A stretch of DNA of 63,847 nt, filler included, from Octopus bimaculoides (GCF_001194135.2; 5 parts of 4 records of this genome joined end to end with filler, not necessarily neighbours in it), one strand, 5' to 3'. Positions 27,768-41,434 are shown, counted from the whole stretch's first letter. Numbers and translations are program-made. The notes: generated by a model from the sequence alone, not told the origin.

Positions 27768-27832
<65 letters not shown>

Positions 27833-28194
27833 CAGAGGCATACATTAATACAAATATATGATTTATACTTATGTATATATGCATATTAGATAGAGAGATA
27901 GAGATATACATCTGTATGTATGTGTATAGATATGTATGTGTGTGTGTGTGTGCATGTGTATTTTTGATTATGTATGCATTTATATATATGTATGTGTGTG
28001 TGTGTGTGTTTATGTTCATGATGTTGCGGTCCAAAACGACATCAAAAGACGTCAAGGTGTCAGGTAGGAAACTAGAATTTTCTTGTCAAAACCAACCACG
28101 GAGCAGCCGAACACATCCAAACTAAAATGATTCCTTACAGGAAAAAGAAACAAAAAAAAAACAAATAAAACAAAAAATTAACAGATAAATAAAA

Positions 28195-28222
28195 TAGCAG
28201 CAGCATTTGTAGCAGTAATTCT

Positions 28223-28311
<89 letters not shown>

Positions 28312-28780
28312 GGAAAATAATATAATAATGATGATGATGATGATTTGAATGATGATAATGATGATGATGTGGTGGTGGTGGTGGTAGTGGTGGTGATGGT
28401 GGTTTTGGTGGTGGTTTTGTAGGTGGTGGAGGTGGTTGTGGCGGTGATGATTGAGGTGATGAGGATAGTATTGATGATGACGATGGCGGTGATAGTGGTG
28501 GTGGTGGTGGTGGTGGTGGTGGTGGTGACGATACTGGTGGTTGATAAGAATAATGTTCATGACGACGACGATGACGCTGGTGGTGGCGACGATAAGTTCA
28601 TGATAACGATGGTGATGATGACGACGACAACGGCAGCAACCACAACATCAACGTCAACACCACCACCACCACGAACAACAACAACAAAAGCAAAGCAGCA
28701 AAAAAATAACAACAACAACAAGAACAACAACAGCGACAACCACATCCACAACAACAACAACAACAATGTCGTAGTTATCG
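28195..28780. repeat. Compound trinucleotide microsatellite (CAG/TAG/GAT/GGT/GAC/AAC)
   Basis: Direct inspection; it generates the spurious poly-H/L/V/T/N ORFs. Confidence 0.95.
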
Positions 28781-29133
28781 TGTGGCATTTTGCCTTTTCA
28801 AAGAAGGCGAAACATCAGAAGTTCTTGGTGATTTCTGCTGCTTCAACTGTCACATTTCAAGAATTCCTAAACTGTGAATCATTTTTCTTTTTTTCTTTTT
28901 CATTCTTTCGTTTATGCTTTTGTTTAGTAGTTTTCTTCTTCTTTTCTTTCTTTCGGTTAGTTTTTTTTGTTTGTTTGTTTGTTTCTTTGTTTGTTTGTTT
29001 GTTTGTCCGTTCTTTTTATTATTATTATTACTATTATTATTATTATTTTTTTTTTTTTTTCCCGATGGTTTTGGGCTCTGGCAAAAATTCTTCAGTAATG
29101 ATGACCCTTCGGTTTACACACACGCACGCACGC

Positions 29134-29183
<50 letters not shown>

Positions 29184-29308
29184 ATACACAAACATATACA
29201 CACATACACACACATATATGTGTATGTGTGTGCGCGTGTGTATACATATATATATATGTGCGTGTATATATTTATATATATATGTCTATATATGTATTTA
29301 TATAATAG

Positions 29309-29362
<54 letters not shown>

Positions 29363-29406
29363 NNNNNNNNNNNNNNNNNNNNNNNNNNNNNNNNNNNNNN
29401 NNNNNN

Positions 29407-29418
29407 TTAATTAATTAA
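29407..29418. other. Artificial scaffold-join spacer TTAATTAATTAA in a 44N+12+44N block
   Basis: Identical 12-mer with stops in all six frames recurs at 40459-40470, 51421-51432 and 61149-61160, always inside N runs. Confidence 0.95.
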
Positions 29419-29645
29419 NNNNNNNNNNNNNNNNNNNNNNNNNNNNNNNNNNNNNNNNNNNNAAATTGATTTTTAAATCCTGGAAATGTGCCACACAGGG
29501 CAGATTTCCGTCGCAAAAAACTTGCACCAGAGAGTCTATAAGTTGTTATACAACTTTCTATATAAAATAAACTTTACAAACAAACTTTTTAAAACATGAA
29601 AAAGGCAAAACTTACGGAGCCGACACGTCTACCGTCTGTCCATAG

Positions 29646-29721
<76 letters not shown>

Positions 29722-29867
29722 CACGTGATCTACAAGACTATCGGATATTATAATACATCGCTGGTGACAATGCGCTTTACATCGTTTTAGCTGTCGGATG
29801 ACGCCACCCCGCTTGCTAGGCGAGCAGGCCAACAATCCGCACTGATCAGAAGGCTAGTCTGTCGCAG

Positions 29868-30015
29868 GGTTACCTATTTACAGCCGAGTGGACTGGAGCA
29901 ACGTGAAATGAAGTGCTTTGTGTAAGAACACAACGCACCATTCTGTCCAGGAATCGATCCCGCGATCTAGCGATGGGGAGTGCAAAACACTAAAGACTAG
30001 GCCACGCGCCTTCAC
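29868..30015 (-). mobile_element. tRNA-headed SINE family E
   Basis: Reverse complement reads gtgaaggcgcgtggcctagt (A box)...gggatcgattcctgg (B box)...gttgtgttcttacacaaagcacttcatttcacgttgctccagtccactc. Confidence 0.7.
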
Positions 30016-30016
30016 C

Positions 30017-30053
<37 letters not shown>

Positions 30054-30056
30054 CGT

Positions 30057-30093
<37 letters not shown>

Positions 30094-30183
30094 AAGAGAT
30101 ACATAGATATACATGCACTATATATGTGTGTGTGTGTGTGTATGGGCGTTTGTGTGTTTGTGTATGTATATACATACATGTGC

Positions 30184-30267
<84 letters not shown>

Positions 30268-31448
30268 ACAAACAAACAAACAAACAAACAAACAAACAAA
30301 CAAAGAGAGCGAGAGAGAGATTATACATACATACGTACATACAGAGCATTTTATGCAAGTTGTCATGTCTGAAAATAATTCAAATTTCTAAATCTCTCTT
30401 AATCTAGTCAATGCTCTGAGTTTCTTCAAAACATCTTTCAAGTAATGTTTCTCTTCCTTGAACATCTTCAGAAATTATTTTTGTATTTCATTCCAAAATG
30501 GCGAACTATAAAAACTAACTAAATAAATAAATATATATATTTCATGTTATTTTCTAACCATGTTTAGTTTTTTTTCTTTAGACTATATTAAATATTTTTT
30601 GTTTGTTGCTCATAATAGAATTAATCCTCCATTGTGAATAACTAACAAAAAAAAAACAATGAGAAACGCATCAAAAAATAGTACGTTAAAGCCAGCATGT
30701 TGTTGGAACAGTAAAGCTGTTTTTATTTCTATATGATGATTAAACAGCAATTACTGTAGATTTAGACTTATTGTTGCTGTTATTGTTGTGGTGGTTGTTG
30801 CTGCTGTTGTTGCTTAGCCCCAGATCAGTCCAGATCAAGCAGACAGATGATCAAAGGAATTATAGTCGTAATCATCCATTTTTTCAAATTATTTTTAGTA
30901 TTACTGTTGTTATTAATGCTAATTTATTTATTCATTTATTTACTTGTTCAGACATATTCACGGTATTATCTAATCATATAATGTGTATTTCGTTTCCTTT
31001 TAGATACAATTCTGTAGAAATTTGGTTGCTATTTCCAGCTGATCCAGCTTCAGCATTGATGCACGGCTTCATAATATGATATATCTATTATTGTTATTGT
31101 CATTGTTGTCTACTTCCAGGTCAAAGTTCAGTCTTTATCGAACAGATCTATAATCAAACACAACACTATATCCGGATTGTTGCTATTTTCTCTCATAACT
31201 TTATTAAGTATTTTATTTGCTTTTTTACTGAATATAGAAATCTATAAGTTCATGTATCTTTCTTTTATAAGACTGTAGAATATAATATAAGAGAGATTTA
31301 GCAGATATTTTCCGATTCAATGAGTACGCAGAATTCCTAATTGGCTCAGAGAGGTTTCCAGATTCCTATGGTTTCGTCCAATTAATCCAACAGAAATTCT
31401 GTTACCCTACTCACCAAACTTATGAATCACTTTGTTAATGATACATTT

Positions 31449-31563
31449 ATAGGCACAGGTGTGGCTGCAAGGTCTGAAGAGGTTTGAAGCTCCTTTCACT
31501 ACTACGTTGATTTGAGTTTAGTCCTATTACGTGGCACCTTGAGAAAATGTCTTCTATTATAAC
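31449..31563 (+). mobile_element. SINE family B head, diverged
   Basis: ataggcacaggtgtggctg...cgtggcaccttgagaaaatgtcttctattataac. Confidence 0.65.
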
Positions 31564-32011
31564 GGAAAGTGTTGGAGGATCACCATATACATATGTGCAT
31601 GCGTGCAAGTGTGTACATGTATATGCGTATGTCTGTTTCTTTATGTTTCTGTTTATCTGTCACAGAATAATGGTGCGTGAAGGCTTTTATGCACCACAAT
31701 TCCTTAGGACAGATTCTCTCAAGGTAAATAACGCAATATTTTGCGTTCTAACACAACGTCCACGCTGAGTTTGGTACTAATACTGCTTCTGATGTTATTC
31801 ATTATACACATGTGTGTGTGTATATCTGTGTAGATCTCCGTCAGTTTCGACAATATGTACTCAGTTGCTCGATCGACTGAATTACCTACTCATTGAAATT
31901 GAATTCAATGAGTAAGCAGCGGAGTAGTGCATAGACACTGGTGCCGTTTGCATAATATTCATGTAGAATCGACACTGTGCGTATGACACTGTGCGTATGT
32001 GTGTGTGCGCG

Positions 32012-32067
<56 letters not shown>

Positions 32068-32500
32068 TGAGTGTATGTGCACGTGTGAAATAGATTCAGT
32101 CCAGCCGTGAGGCTTCTATACAGTTCCCATCTACTCAATTTTACTACGAGATATTGGTCGACAAAAGGATACAAAGGGTCAGTTTGGTGCAGGGGGATGC
32201 GTCGATAACTCCCTTGCTCACCATCCAAAGATATTGGACAGAAGCAATGTGACAGCAGCAGGTGTAAAGTAGCTGGGAGTAGCTAGCAAGAGCTCTGCAC
32301 ACAGGCAGCTAGCTCTCGATATTTGCAGTCAGTGCTAAACCCTGAGTACCAACGGGCTGAGGAAGAAGCTTTCTGAACACAGCAGTCAACTCGACCTACG
32401 AGGAATAGCTGATGATGATATTCGGGAGCAAAGATGTTATCTTAGGGAAGTGTTTTTCTGTGGTTGGTCTTCTATATTGTTTTGGCAATATCATGTTGCT

Positions 32501-32718
32501 GTAAGGCGGCGAGTTGGCAGAAATGTTAGCCCGCCGGTTGAAATGCTTAGCAGTATTTCGTTTATCTTTACGTTCTGAATTCAAATTCTGCCGAAGTCGA
32601 CTTTGCCTTTCGTCCTTTCAAGGTCGATAAATTAAGTACCAGTTGCGTACTGGATCGAGCTAATCGACTGGCCCGTCTCCAAAAATGTCCGGCCTTGTGC
32701 CTGGAGAAGAAAAGAATA
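32501..32718 (+). mobile_element. SINE family A, full length (tail type 1)
   Basis: gtaaggcggcgagttggcagaaatgttagc...ggccttgtgcctggagaagaaaagaata. Confidence 0.9.
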
Positions 32719-32811
32719 TCACGTCTCTGTGAAAGGTGACATTTTGGAGCTGTTGCTGATGAAATGTGTTATGTCGTTGATAGAACGGTGATTAGATGCA
32801 TATTAGTCTTT

Positions 32812-33145
32812 ATTCTGAGGTCATGCTGGGGCACAGCCTTGAAGAAATTTTAGTCGAATGAATCGACCCCAGTACTTACTTTTATAAGCCTAGTACTTAT
32901 TCTATCAGTTTCTCTGGCCAAACCACTACGTTGCAGAGACATAAACACACCAGCACCGGTTGTCAAATGATGAAGGAGACAAACACAGGCAGAAAGACAA
33001 ACACAGGCAGAAAGACAAACAAAGGCAGAAAGACACACACACATATTTATATGTATATACGATGGGGTTCTTTCAGTTTCCGGCTACCAAATCCAGTCAC
33101 AAGGCTTTGGTCGACCTTGGCAATAGTAGAAGACACCCGTAAATG
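32812..33145 (-). mobile_element. SINE family B with internal 18-bp tandem triplication
   Basis: catgctggggcacagccttgaag...tttcagtttccggctaccaaatccagtcacaaggctttggtcgacc; acaaacacaggcagaaag occurs three times. Confidence 0.8.
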
Positions 33146-33815
33146 CGTGGCTGGGAAGAAAGCTTCTTAAAACACATCCATGTATGTCTGAACGTATGCA
33201 TGTAAATATGAATGTATGTATGTATGCATGTATGTATGCATATACGTACGTATGCATGTAAATATGAATGTATGTATGTATGTATGTATGTATGCATATA
33301 CGTACGTACGTATGTATGTATATATGTATGTATGCACGTGTATATATTTCGATGGTGTATATCATTGCATAAGGTATTCATCGGCAAGAAATGTATGAAG
33401 CCAAAGATTTCGAGCGACGTTTCGTGGCGCATTTCTTCTGTATCTAACCACACACATACCTTCATTATTCTTGTGTATCTATACATGCATTTGCACACGT
33501 ATATATCACACATTGTTGAGTATTGAAGCGGAAGCGGTGATTGTCTTTTTTTTCCATTTGTTCCTTTGCGTGAGTATATGTACGTATTTGTATGTACTTA
33601 TGCATGTACAGAAGTGTACGTACTCATATGTGGATACTTTTATATGTTTACCTGTACGTATGCACGTATGTATGTATTTATGCGTTTGTATACATATATT
33701 TCTACATGCATCTACACATGTGTACATATCTTTACATATGTAGAGATATAAACATGTGTATTGCTTGGATGTTAGTATATGTATTTTTGGATATTTATTT
33801 ATTTGAATATATTTA

Positions 33816-33856
<41 letters not shown>

Positions 33857-34563
33857 NNNNNNNNNNNNNNNNNNNNNNNNNNNNNNNNNNNNNNNNNNNN
33901 NNNNNNNNNNNNNNNNNNNNNNNNNNNNNNNNNNNNNNNNNNNNNNNNNNNNNNNNNNNNNNNNNNNNNNNNNNNNNNNNNNNNNNNNNNNNNNNNNNNN
34001 NNNNNNNNNNNNNNNNNNNNNNNNNNNNNNNNNNNNNNNNNNNNNNNNNNNNNNNNNNNNNNNNNNNNNNNNNNNNNNNNNNNNNNNNNNNNNNNNNNNN
34101 NNNNNNNNNNNNNNNNNNNNNNNNNNNNNNNNNNNNNNNNNNNNNNNNNNNNNNNNNNNNNNNNNNNNNNNNNNNNNNNNNNNNNNNNNNNNNNNNNNNN
34201 NNNNNNNNNNNNNNNNNNNNNNNNNNNNNNNNNNNNNNNNNNNNNNNNNNNNNNNNNNNNNNNNNNNNNNNNNNNNNNNNNNNNNNNNNNNNNNNNNNNN
34301 NNNNNNNNNNNNNNNNNNNNNNNNNNNNNNNNNNNNNNNNNNNNNNNNNNNNNNNNNNNNNNNNNNNNNNNNNNNNNNNNNNNNNNNNNNNNNNNNNNNN
34401 NNNNNNNNNNNNNNNNNNNNNNNNNNNNNNNNNNNNNNNNNNNNNNNNNNNNNNNNNNNNNNNNNNNNNNNNNNNNNNNNNNNNNNNNNNNNNNNNNNNN
34501 NNNNNNNNNNNNNNNNNNNNNNNNNNNNNNNNNNNNNNNNNNNNNNNNNNNNNNNNNNNNNNG

Positions 34564-34783
34564 GCAGAAACGTTAGCACGCCGGGCGAAATGCTTAGCGG
34601 TATTTCGTCTGCCGCTACGTTCTGAGTTCAAATTCTGCCGAGGTCGACTTTGCCTTTCATCCTTTCGGGGTCGATCAAATAAGTACCAGTTACGCACTGG
34701 GGTCGGTATAATCGACTTAATCCGTTTGTTTGTCCTTGTTTGTCCCCTCTGTGTGTAGCCCCTTGTGGGTAGTAAAGAAATAA
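34564..34783 (+). mobile_element. SINE family A, young-looking copy with tail type 2
   Basis: Near-consensus body followed by tttgtccttgtttgtcccctctgtgtgtagccccttgtgggtagtaaagaaataa. Confidence 0.9.
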
Positions 34784-34784
34784 C

Positions 34785-34825
<41 letters not shown>

Positions 34826-35004
34826 CATATATATATATATATATAGTCATTTAAGTATGTATATGTGTAAATATATAGTAACACAAAGGGAGGAATTTCC
34901 ATTATCCCCAGGTGGTGAGTTGTAATGCACAATATATATGTATACAATAAAAGAAAGAAAATGCTCACACTTTTAATATATTTTTTAATATATTTTATAT
35001 TGTG

Positions 35005-37500
35005 TTTGTCGACCGGTTTCGCTTTCGATAATCATGCCATTGAAATTATTGCAATTTCGTATTTTCTTAAGAAGATTTTAGTCCATGTTGTGTGTGGAGA
35101 AATTTATGAATGAATGATTCAACAAGTAGAAAAATCTAAGGGCCGGTAATTGATGATCGTTATTACTGGGGACAGAGGAAGTAATTGTTCATCTTTTGGA
35201 GAGGGGATGAATAAATATACGCAAAAACTCAAAAGTTATAGTAATGAGATGAAATATGTACAGTGTTGGGTATGAGATCATGAACTAAAATATATAGTGT
35301 GATCAAAGTTGGTTGTGCGTTTATACTTAGACGTGTTCTGTATCCTTCGATGAACAAATTTTCTTTATTTAAATGTTCTTGAATAGAAAATGACTCTTTG
35401 CACTGGTAGATGGGGAAAACTGTGAAGTTTGGTTGGATATACCTGTATATCTCTCTATTGAATCTCAAAGGAATCTGTCTGTTTTGGGGGAACCGGATCT
35501 GTTCCTTATGAAGTGTGATTCTCCGTCTCAGTGTTTACTTGTATGTCCAATATAGTTATGTCCACAACCTGAGCAAATTGTACCATAAATTAGATTCTGG
35601 GAAGCACAAGTGAAGTTGGTTTTAATTGTGAACATCTCTCCTTGTTTGCATAGGAATTCTGAGCCTAGGCTGGCGCATGTGCCATAGTCTGGGTGTCCAC
35701 ATTTTTTAACCGTTGGTTTCGTGGTTGTTGTGAGAAGCTTCGCATTTATTAGAAGTCTTTTTAGCGATTGGTGTTACTTTTTGCTTTTGAAGAATTTATG
35801 TGTTTTCAGAATATTGTTCATTTTTGAATCTCTAGTGAGCTTAGGCAGATTTTTTTTAAATAGCATTGTATGCTACATTGTTTCTAGGATTGTGAGTTGA
35901 TATAAACAGTAGTGTTTTGAGATGATGTGTGGTGTATGTTTTGTTACCCTTAGTGTTTTAATGTCTAATTTCTTAGCACACGTAATTCCACCTTCTATAA
36001 GTGAGGGTGGATTTTGTATTTCAGTTAGTGTTGTTCTGAGGTTTTGAAGACGAAGGTCCCGAGTATTTCTATCAGACACTAATGTGTAAATCTTTTTTGC
36101 TAAATTAAAGAGGATATTTCTTTTGATGTGTTTCGAGTGGCATGAGCTAAACAAGAGATATTGTTTCGGGTCTGTTTGTTTATGATAAATGTCATTTATA
36201 ATTTGGTTATTGACTTTTTAATCATAATATCCAAGAAAGGGGGCTGTTCTTTGTTACATTCCATTGTGAATTGAATATTAGGGTTTATATTATTTAGTAT
36301 TGATTTGAATTCCAAAAGCTTACCAATGGTCTCCTTCCAAATGATAAAGCAGTCATCCAGGTATCTTTTCCAGTATCTCTCTTATATAATGGTGAAATGG
36401 ATATCCATAGTGAAATGGATAACCATATTTTTGCAGTGACACTTCATCCATAGTGAATTCAAAATAATCCATTATTAGGTTCGCAAGAATAGGGGCTACT
36501 TTCGTTCCCATCGCAATTCTGCATTTTTGACGATAGTAGGTGTCATCAAATAGGAAATAATTGTTCTGAAGTATAAATTTTAAAGATCCAATAATAAAGA
36601 CCTGGTTTATGCGTTCCGGAAGCACCTCGGGGTACTTTTCCAACAAGAATTTTATTGCTTCTATTTCATAGTCATGTGGGATGTTGGTGTAAAGATTAAT
36701 AACATCGAAGGAAACCAATAATTCCTCGTCATTAGTTGTTTTTGGTAAGTACTCTTGTATGCCTAGATCGTCTCTAATGAAATGTTTGATGTATTTCAGC
36801 AAGGGTTTCCGTAGGATATCAAGAAAATTACTTAGGCGATGGGTTTCACAGGCTGGGCCAGCTAAAATGGATCTTAACTTTAAGTCTTCTGGCACTTGGA
36901 TATTTATGTATTTGCCTGGTGATTGCTTGCAGGCTTAACTATCTTGCTCTAGGCCGTAAAAAAGACTAGGTTTACATTTAAAGTTCGTGATATAATCTAC
37001 TTCTTTTTTTTCTGTCAGGTCTTTTCCATGTAAAAGTATTAAGGATGCAATATTTTTCATTGTTTTTGTTGTATATAGTTTACAATTTCTTCGTAGAGAA
37101 TATCGTTTCCTAGCATGGATAATACTAGGTTTTTGTAGCATTCTGTGTCCATCAGGACTACAGCACTTCCTTTGTTTGCTTCGTTAATTGTCAGTTCTTT
37201 GTCGTTTTGTAGTTCAGTTAGATTTTTCCATTCTAGATTGTTGAGGTTTGAATTAACTTTTCGCTTATGAAAAGTATTTAGGAAATTTTGGCTATGGTAG
37301 CAAAGGTTATCTAATGTTTTATGCTTACCTTTAGGTGGAAGATAATTATTTCTGTTTTTAACCAGTGATTTACCTTCGTTGTTGTAGTCAGGCGACTGCT
37401 CTCTATTGTCAGAGGTAGATTAGGACAACCAGTCAGTGGTTACTGTGAAAAAGGTGGTGGAACGAAAAAGAGGCCAGAGGATTAGTTTACCTTGGTTGGG
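35005..37500 (-). mobile_element. Penelope-like retroelement (RT plus C-terminal GIY-YIG endonuclease), frameshifted
   Basis: Motifs in order: NKGSAVVLMD (about 37170), KLRSILAGPAC, LVSFDVINLYTNIP, AMGTKVAPILANL, WKRYLDDCFIIW (about 36345-36380), FSSCHSKHIKRNILFNLA, FTCASQNLIYGTICSGCGHNYIGHT (about 35550-35620), FTVFPIYQC...KENLFI. Confidence 0.93.
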
Positions 37501-37965
37501 TGTGCTGTGAAACCGGCAAGAGTTATCTTGAAAGGGGGAAAATGTGTATTATTAATGTGGTGCTCTTGTATGGACGGGCTGTGTGGTATGCATAACGATG
37601 CCATGTATATAATGTTTTCCGGGGGTATAAGTTTATATAGCTGTGTTCGTTGGTCTGTTTTCTTTCTCTAAAGAATAAAGTCGTGGGTTGGTTTATGTTA
37701 GCGTGCGTTGAGTTATGTGTGTATGTGCGATATGTGTATATGTGGAGGTACAATTTGTATGAAGGGGTATATGTTGGGGGGAAAGAGAAGTTTATTTTGG
37801 AGGGTGTCCGCCTTATAAGGGTGTGTGCGTGTGTGTACATGGGTGCTTTGCTGTGTGCTTTGGTCAAACTCTTTTTGCTGGGCCCAAGGGCAGAAGTTTA
37901 TGGCAGGAGAACTGTGGTTGTAGTCATGGTGGGGCGCGCAGATACGATAGAATGTACTTCTTTTC

Positions 37966-38003
37966 CCCTCTGTGTTTAGCCCCTTGTGGGCAATAAAGAA
38001 ATA
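37966..38003 (+). mobile_element. Ultra-short 5'-truncated retroposon tail with 17-bp TSD
   Basis: agaatgtacttcttttc at 37949-37965 and 38004-38020 flanks ccctctgtgtttagccccttgtgggcaataaagaaata, which is SINE A tail type 2. Confidence 0.9.
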
Positions 38004-38081
38004 AGAATGTACTTCTTTTCATGCGAGCAAGGATTAAACACCTCACTCCTGCTATTCAGATAAACATCCGAGCGCTGGCTA

Positions 38082-38138
<57 letters not shown>

Positions 38139-38239
38139 AAATAATAAAAAGAAAGTTCTTGGTACAGTATTATGTATTTGAATAATTGTAAACATTATTA
38201 TTAAAAAAAAATATCCTCCCCCCGCCAAAACCCATCTGT

Positions 38240-38632
38240 ACTTACTTCTTCATAACCACATGGTTCCGGGTTCAGTCCCACTGCGTGGCATCTTAGACAA
38301 GTGCCTTCTACTATAATCTCGGGCCGACTAAAGCCTTGTGAGTGGATTTGGTGGACGGAAACTGAAAGAAGCCCGTCATATATATGTATATATATATATA
38401 TGTGTGTGCGTGTGTATGTTTGTGTGTCTGTGTTTGTCCCCTAGCATTGCTTGACAGCCGATGCTGGTGTGTTTAATGTCCCCGTCACTTAGCGGTTCGG
38501 CAAAAGAGACCGATAGAATAAGTACTAGGCTTACAAAGAATAAGTCTCGGGGTTGATTTGCTCGACTAAAGGCGGTGCTCCATCATGGTCACAGTCAAAT
38601 GAGTGAAACAAGTAAAAGAGAGTAAAAGAGTA
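38240..38632 (+). mobile_element. SINE family B, near full length
   Basis: accacatggttccgggttcagtcccactgcgtggcatcttagacaagtg...aagcccgtc...(TA/TG)n...gcggttcggcaaaagagaccgatagaataagtactagg...gtaaaagagagtaaaagag. Confidence 0.92.
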
Positions 38633-38667
38633 TATTCATCTACGAATGTTAAATGTATATGTCTACA

Positions 38668-39547
38668 TACAGAGGGCGTTGAATATATTGTCTAAATTAC
38701 AAAAATATGAAAATAACACTGATATCTCATTTTAACAGATGTATTTACCAAAATTACATGAAAATATCTTGAAATAGTAAAGAGTAAATTTATTCAATAA
38801 TATCGCCATTAGCTTCAACCACAGCCTCCAGACGACTTGCGAATCTCTTGCAACTCTTCTGGGCTGTCTCCTTGTTTAGGTTGGTGAATGCTGCCATAAT
38901 ACTTGTTCATCTTTAGTGTTAAAGTAGTTTTGTGGTCTCTCTCTCTCAACTGTGTCTCGCACATAATAATCAGAAAGGTTGTAGTCTGGGGAGTGAAGTA
39001 GCCAGATGCTCGAGGTGCTTGCAGAAATTGTCTGACAGCTGTGACTGGGTTCTCCTGCTTGTGTGGTTTAGTGCAGAGTCCTGTTGTTGAACATCGAATC
39101 TTCCAGCAGCCACCTTCTAGACCTATGGCAGCACTACCTCCTCCAGGCATTTGATGTAGGCCTCAGTGTTGAATCTGGGGCCGTGTGGGAAAATAAATTA
39201 AGGCATAACGTTGCCATCACTAGTGATCACTCTAAGCACCATGATGTTGACTAGATGTTTGATTTTTATCACTAGCGGTACATTTCCTCAAGTTGCACTG
39301 TCCTCAGATTGACACCCAAATACTCAGAAATGTTCGTATTAGAGCTTCCGGCACGAATGCCAAGCAGTACAGCATGTTGTTTCCAAATTTTTGGCAGAGT
39401 GAATTGCGTCAGGGTGCTGTTTTTTCTCACAGACGGTGCACGAATGACTCTACTATACTGTATAGTCGACAAAATCGAAATCAGACAATGCGCATGCGTG
39501 AAAATAATAATTATAAAACGGCGCCAATTTACCCATTGCACCCTGTG
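38668..39547 (-). mobile_element. Internally deleted Tc1/mariner, maT (DD37D)-like
   Basis: Minus frames give AVLLGIRAGSSNTNISEYLGVNLRTVQ, MVLRVITSDGNVMP..IFPHG..FNTEAYIKCLEEVVLP, QQDS..HTSRRTQ, HSPDYNLSDY and RFASRLEAVVEANGDIIE*; degenerate TIRs tacagagggcgttgaatatattg and caatttacccattgcaccctgtg. Confidence 0.85.
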
Positions 39548-40337
39548 TGCATTTAGATGTGGGGGTGTATGCGTGCGTGCATGCGTGCGTGCGTGTGTGT
39601 GTGTGTGTGCGTGTGAGCGCGTGTATGCAAAAATACGAGTAGTTTCTGTCAGGGTGACTCAACCTAATAAATATGCGATCTGAGTGCTCAAATCGGTATG
39701 CCACAAAAAATTCGGTTTGAACTGCAGTTGCAGTTGTGATTTTGTAACTGCCTTATCCGAAGCGGCTGGAAGAGGCCTCCCCTTGAGTCGGTAGGTATAG
39801 ATTAAAGCAGATGGAGTACAAATATATGGATATTTATATTAATAGATCCAACTTACACAGAATACAAGCGACAGAGAAAATCAAGGAGGTGGAAGATATT
39901 ATATGTCCAACAGCTGTTTCTGGAGGCTTACAGACCCATGATAATGTTGGTAGATGTAGTCCTTCTCAATATGCGACCGTAATGGATGCAATCAACATAG
40001 GAAAGACGAGTCTCTGTCATCAGGTTACAGAAGATCTTACATTTTTGATCGTTCGTACTTTATTTATGTGAGATCTATTAATATAAATATCTATATATTT
40101 GTACTTAAATATTCATCGTCTATAAGTCTCCATCTCTTGCTTTCTCTCATGTTTCATGTATACATCTCTACATGCTTTGTGTGTTTCTTGCATAGACTAT
40201 TATATTATATTTAATATATCTACTTTGTTTAATAATTGCTTCTATATATACTTATATAAACATACGCACAGATACACACACATACACACACATGGATATA
40301 AATATAAATATATATATACATATATATTTACATATAT

Positions 40338-40414
<77 letters not shown>

Positions 40415-41270
40415 NNNNNNNNNNNNNNNNNNNNNNNNNNNNNNNNNNNNNNNNNNNNTTAATTAATTAANNNNNNNNNNNNNNNNNNNNNNNNNNNNNN
40501 NNNNNNNNNNNNNNTATATATATATATCCATATACATATATATGTTCATATATATATATATCCTAAATCCCACCCCCACCAAAGAAACAAAACGAAGAAC
40601 AAGCACAAGAAAAATCAACACGAGCACGTGGTTCATGCAAAGTATTACCAGAGTTTCAGGGAAGCAAAGAAAGGTGGTTTTACATTTCGAGCAAAGCTCT
40701 TTTACAGAAAGAGGAGACAGAGGAATGTCCCAGAGTAAAGGAAGACCGAAGGAAAAAAATCGCCAACGATCCAAAATGTGGTTACGTTTTGAAATTACCG
40801 AAAGCGAATGGTGAAGGAAAATTTCTTTCTAAGACAGGAGAGTGTAACAGGAGATATGTGCGTGTGCGTGCGTCTGTATAATAGCATGTGTGTGTGTATG
40901 TGTGTGTTGTGTGTGGTGTCTGTGTGGTGTTGGCTGTTTATATGTGTTTGTGTGTCGAATAAAAATCCACTGCTCATACATGAATTCTTATCGTTAATAT
41001 TAGTATTGATACCTTCATAATAAACAACCATTATAATTGTTAGTGTCATTATTAATTTCCCTTTATCCTGAATATTACCGACATAGCGGGGACTTCACAC
41101 TGCTTTTGATGCTTCAGAACGATTAGGGACACTCCCTAAAATAACTGTAGCTGGTTGTCGAAACTACCTATTTCTACATTGTTTACATTATTCACATTAT
41201 TTACATTTGACGGATACTTGTCCTCAATCTTGTTTGTTGTTAACACAACGCTTCGGCTGATATACCCTCC

Positions 41271-41345
41271 GTGGGCATATGGCGTAGTGGTTAGGAGCAC
41301 AGGCTACTAACCCCGAGATACCAAGTTCGATTCCAGGCAGTGACC
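41271..41345 (+). ncRNA. tRNA-derived Pol III head (not a functional tRNA)
   Basis: A box tggcgtagtgg, 7-nt loop ctactaa, B box agttcgattcc; acceptor stem poor; followed by (AAT)n rather than a T-run. Confidence 0.75.
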
Positions 41346-41434
41346 TGAATAATAATAATAATAATAATAATAACAACAACAACAGCATTTAAAAATACCT
41401 TAGGAATGAGAATCCAGGTTCAAAATGCCCTTGA

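Noticed and set aside
28100-28133. Minus-strand IILVWMCSAAP after a polypyrimidine tract (GPCR TM4-like)
   Set aside because: Very short, weak donor, phase incompatible with neighbouring candidates, and the tract is low-complexity.
33412-33444. Minus-strand CAGAAGA...CAC-GAAACGUC, PLE-terminus-like
   Set aside because: U4 and 10.1 are mutated and there is no helix I pairing; too decayed to call.
41271-41345. tRNA-Ser gene
   Set aside because: Acceptor stem and variable arm do not form; it is treated as a SINE head.
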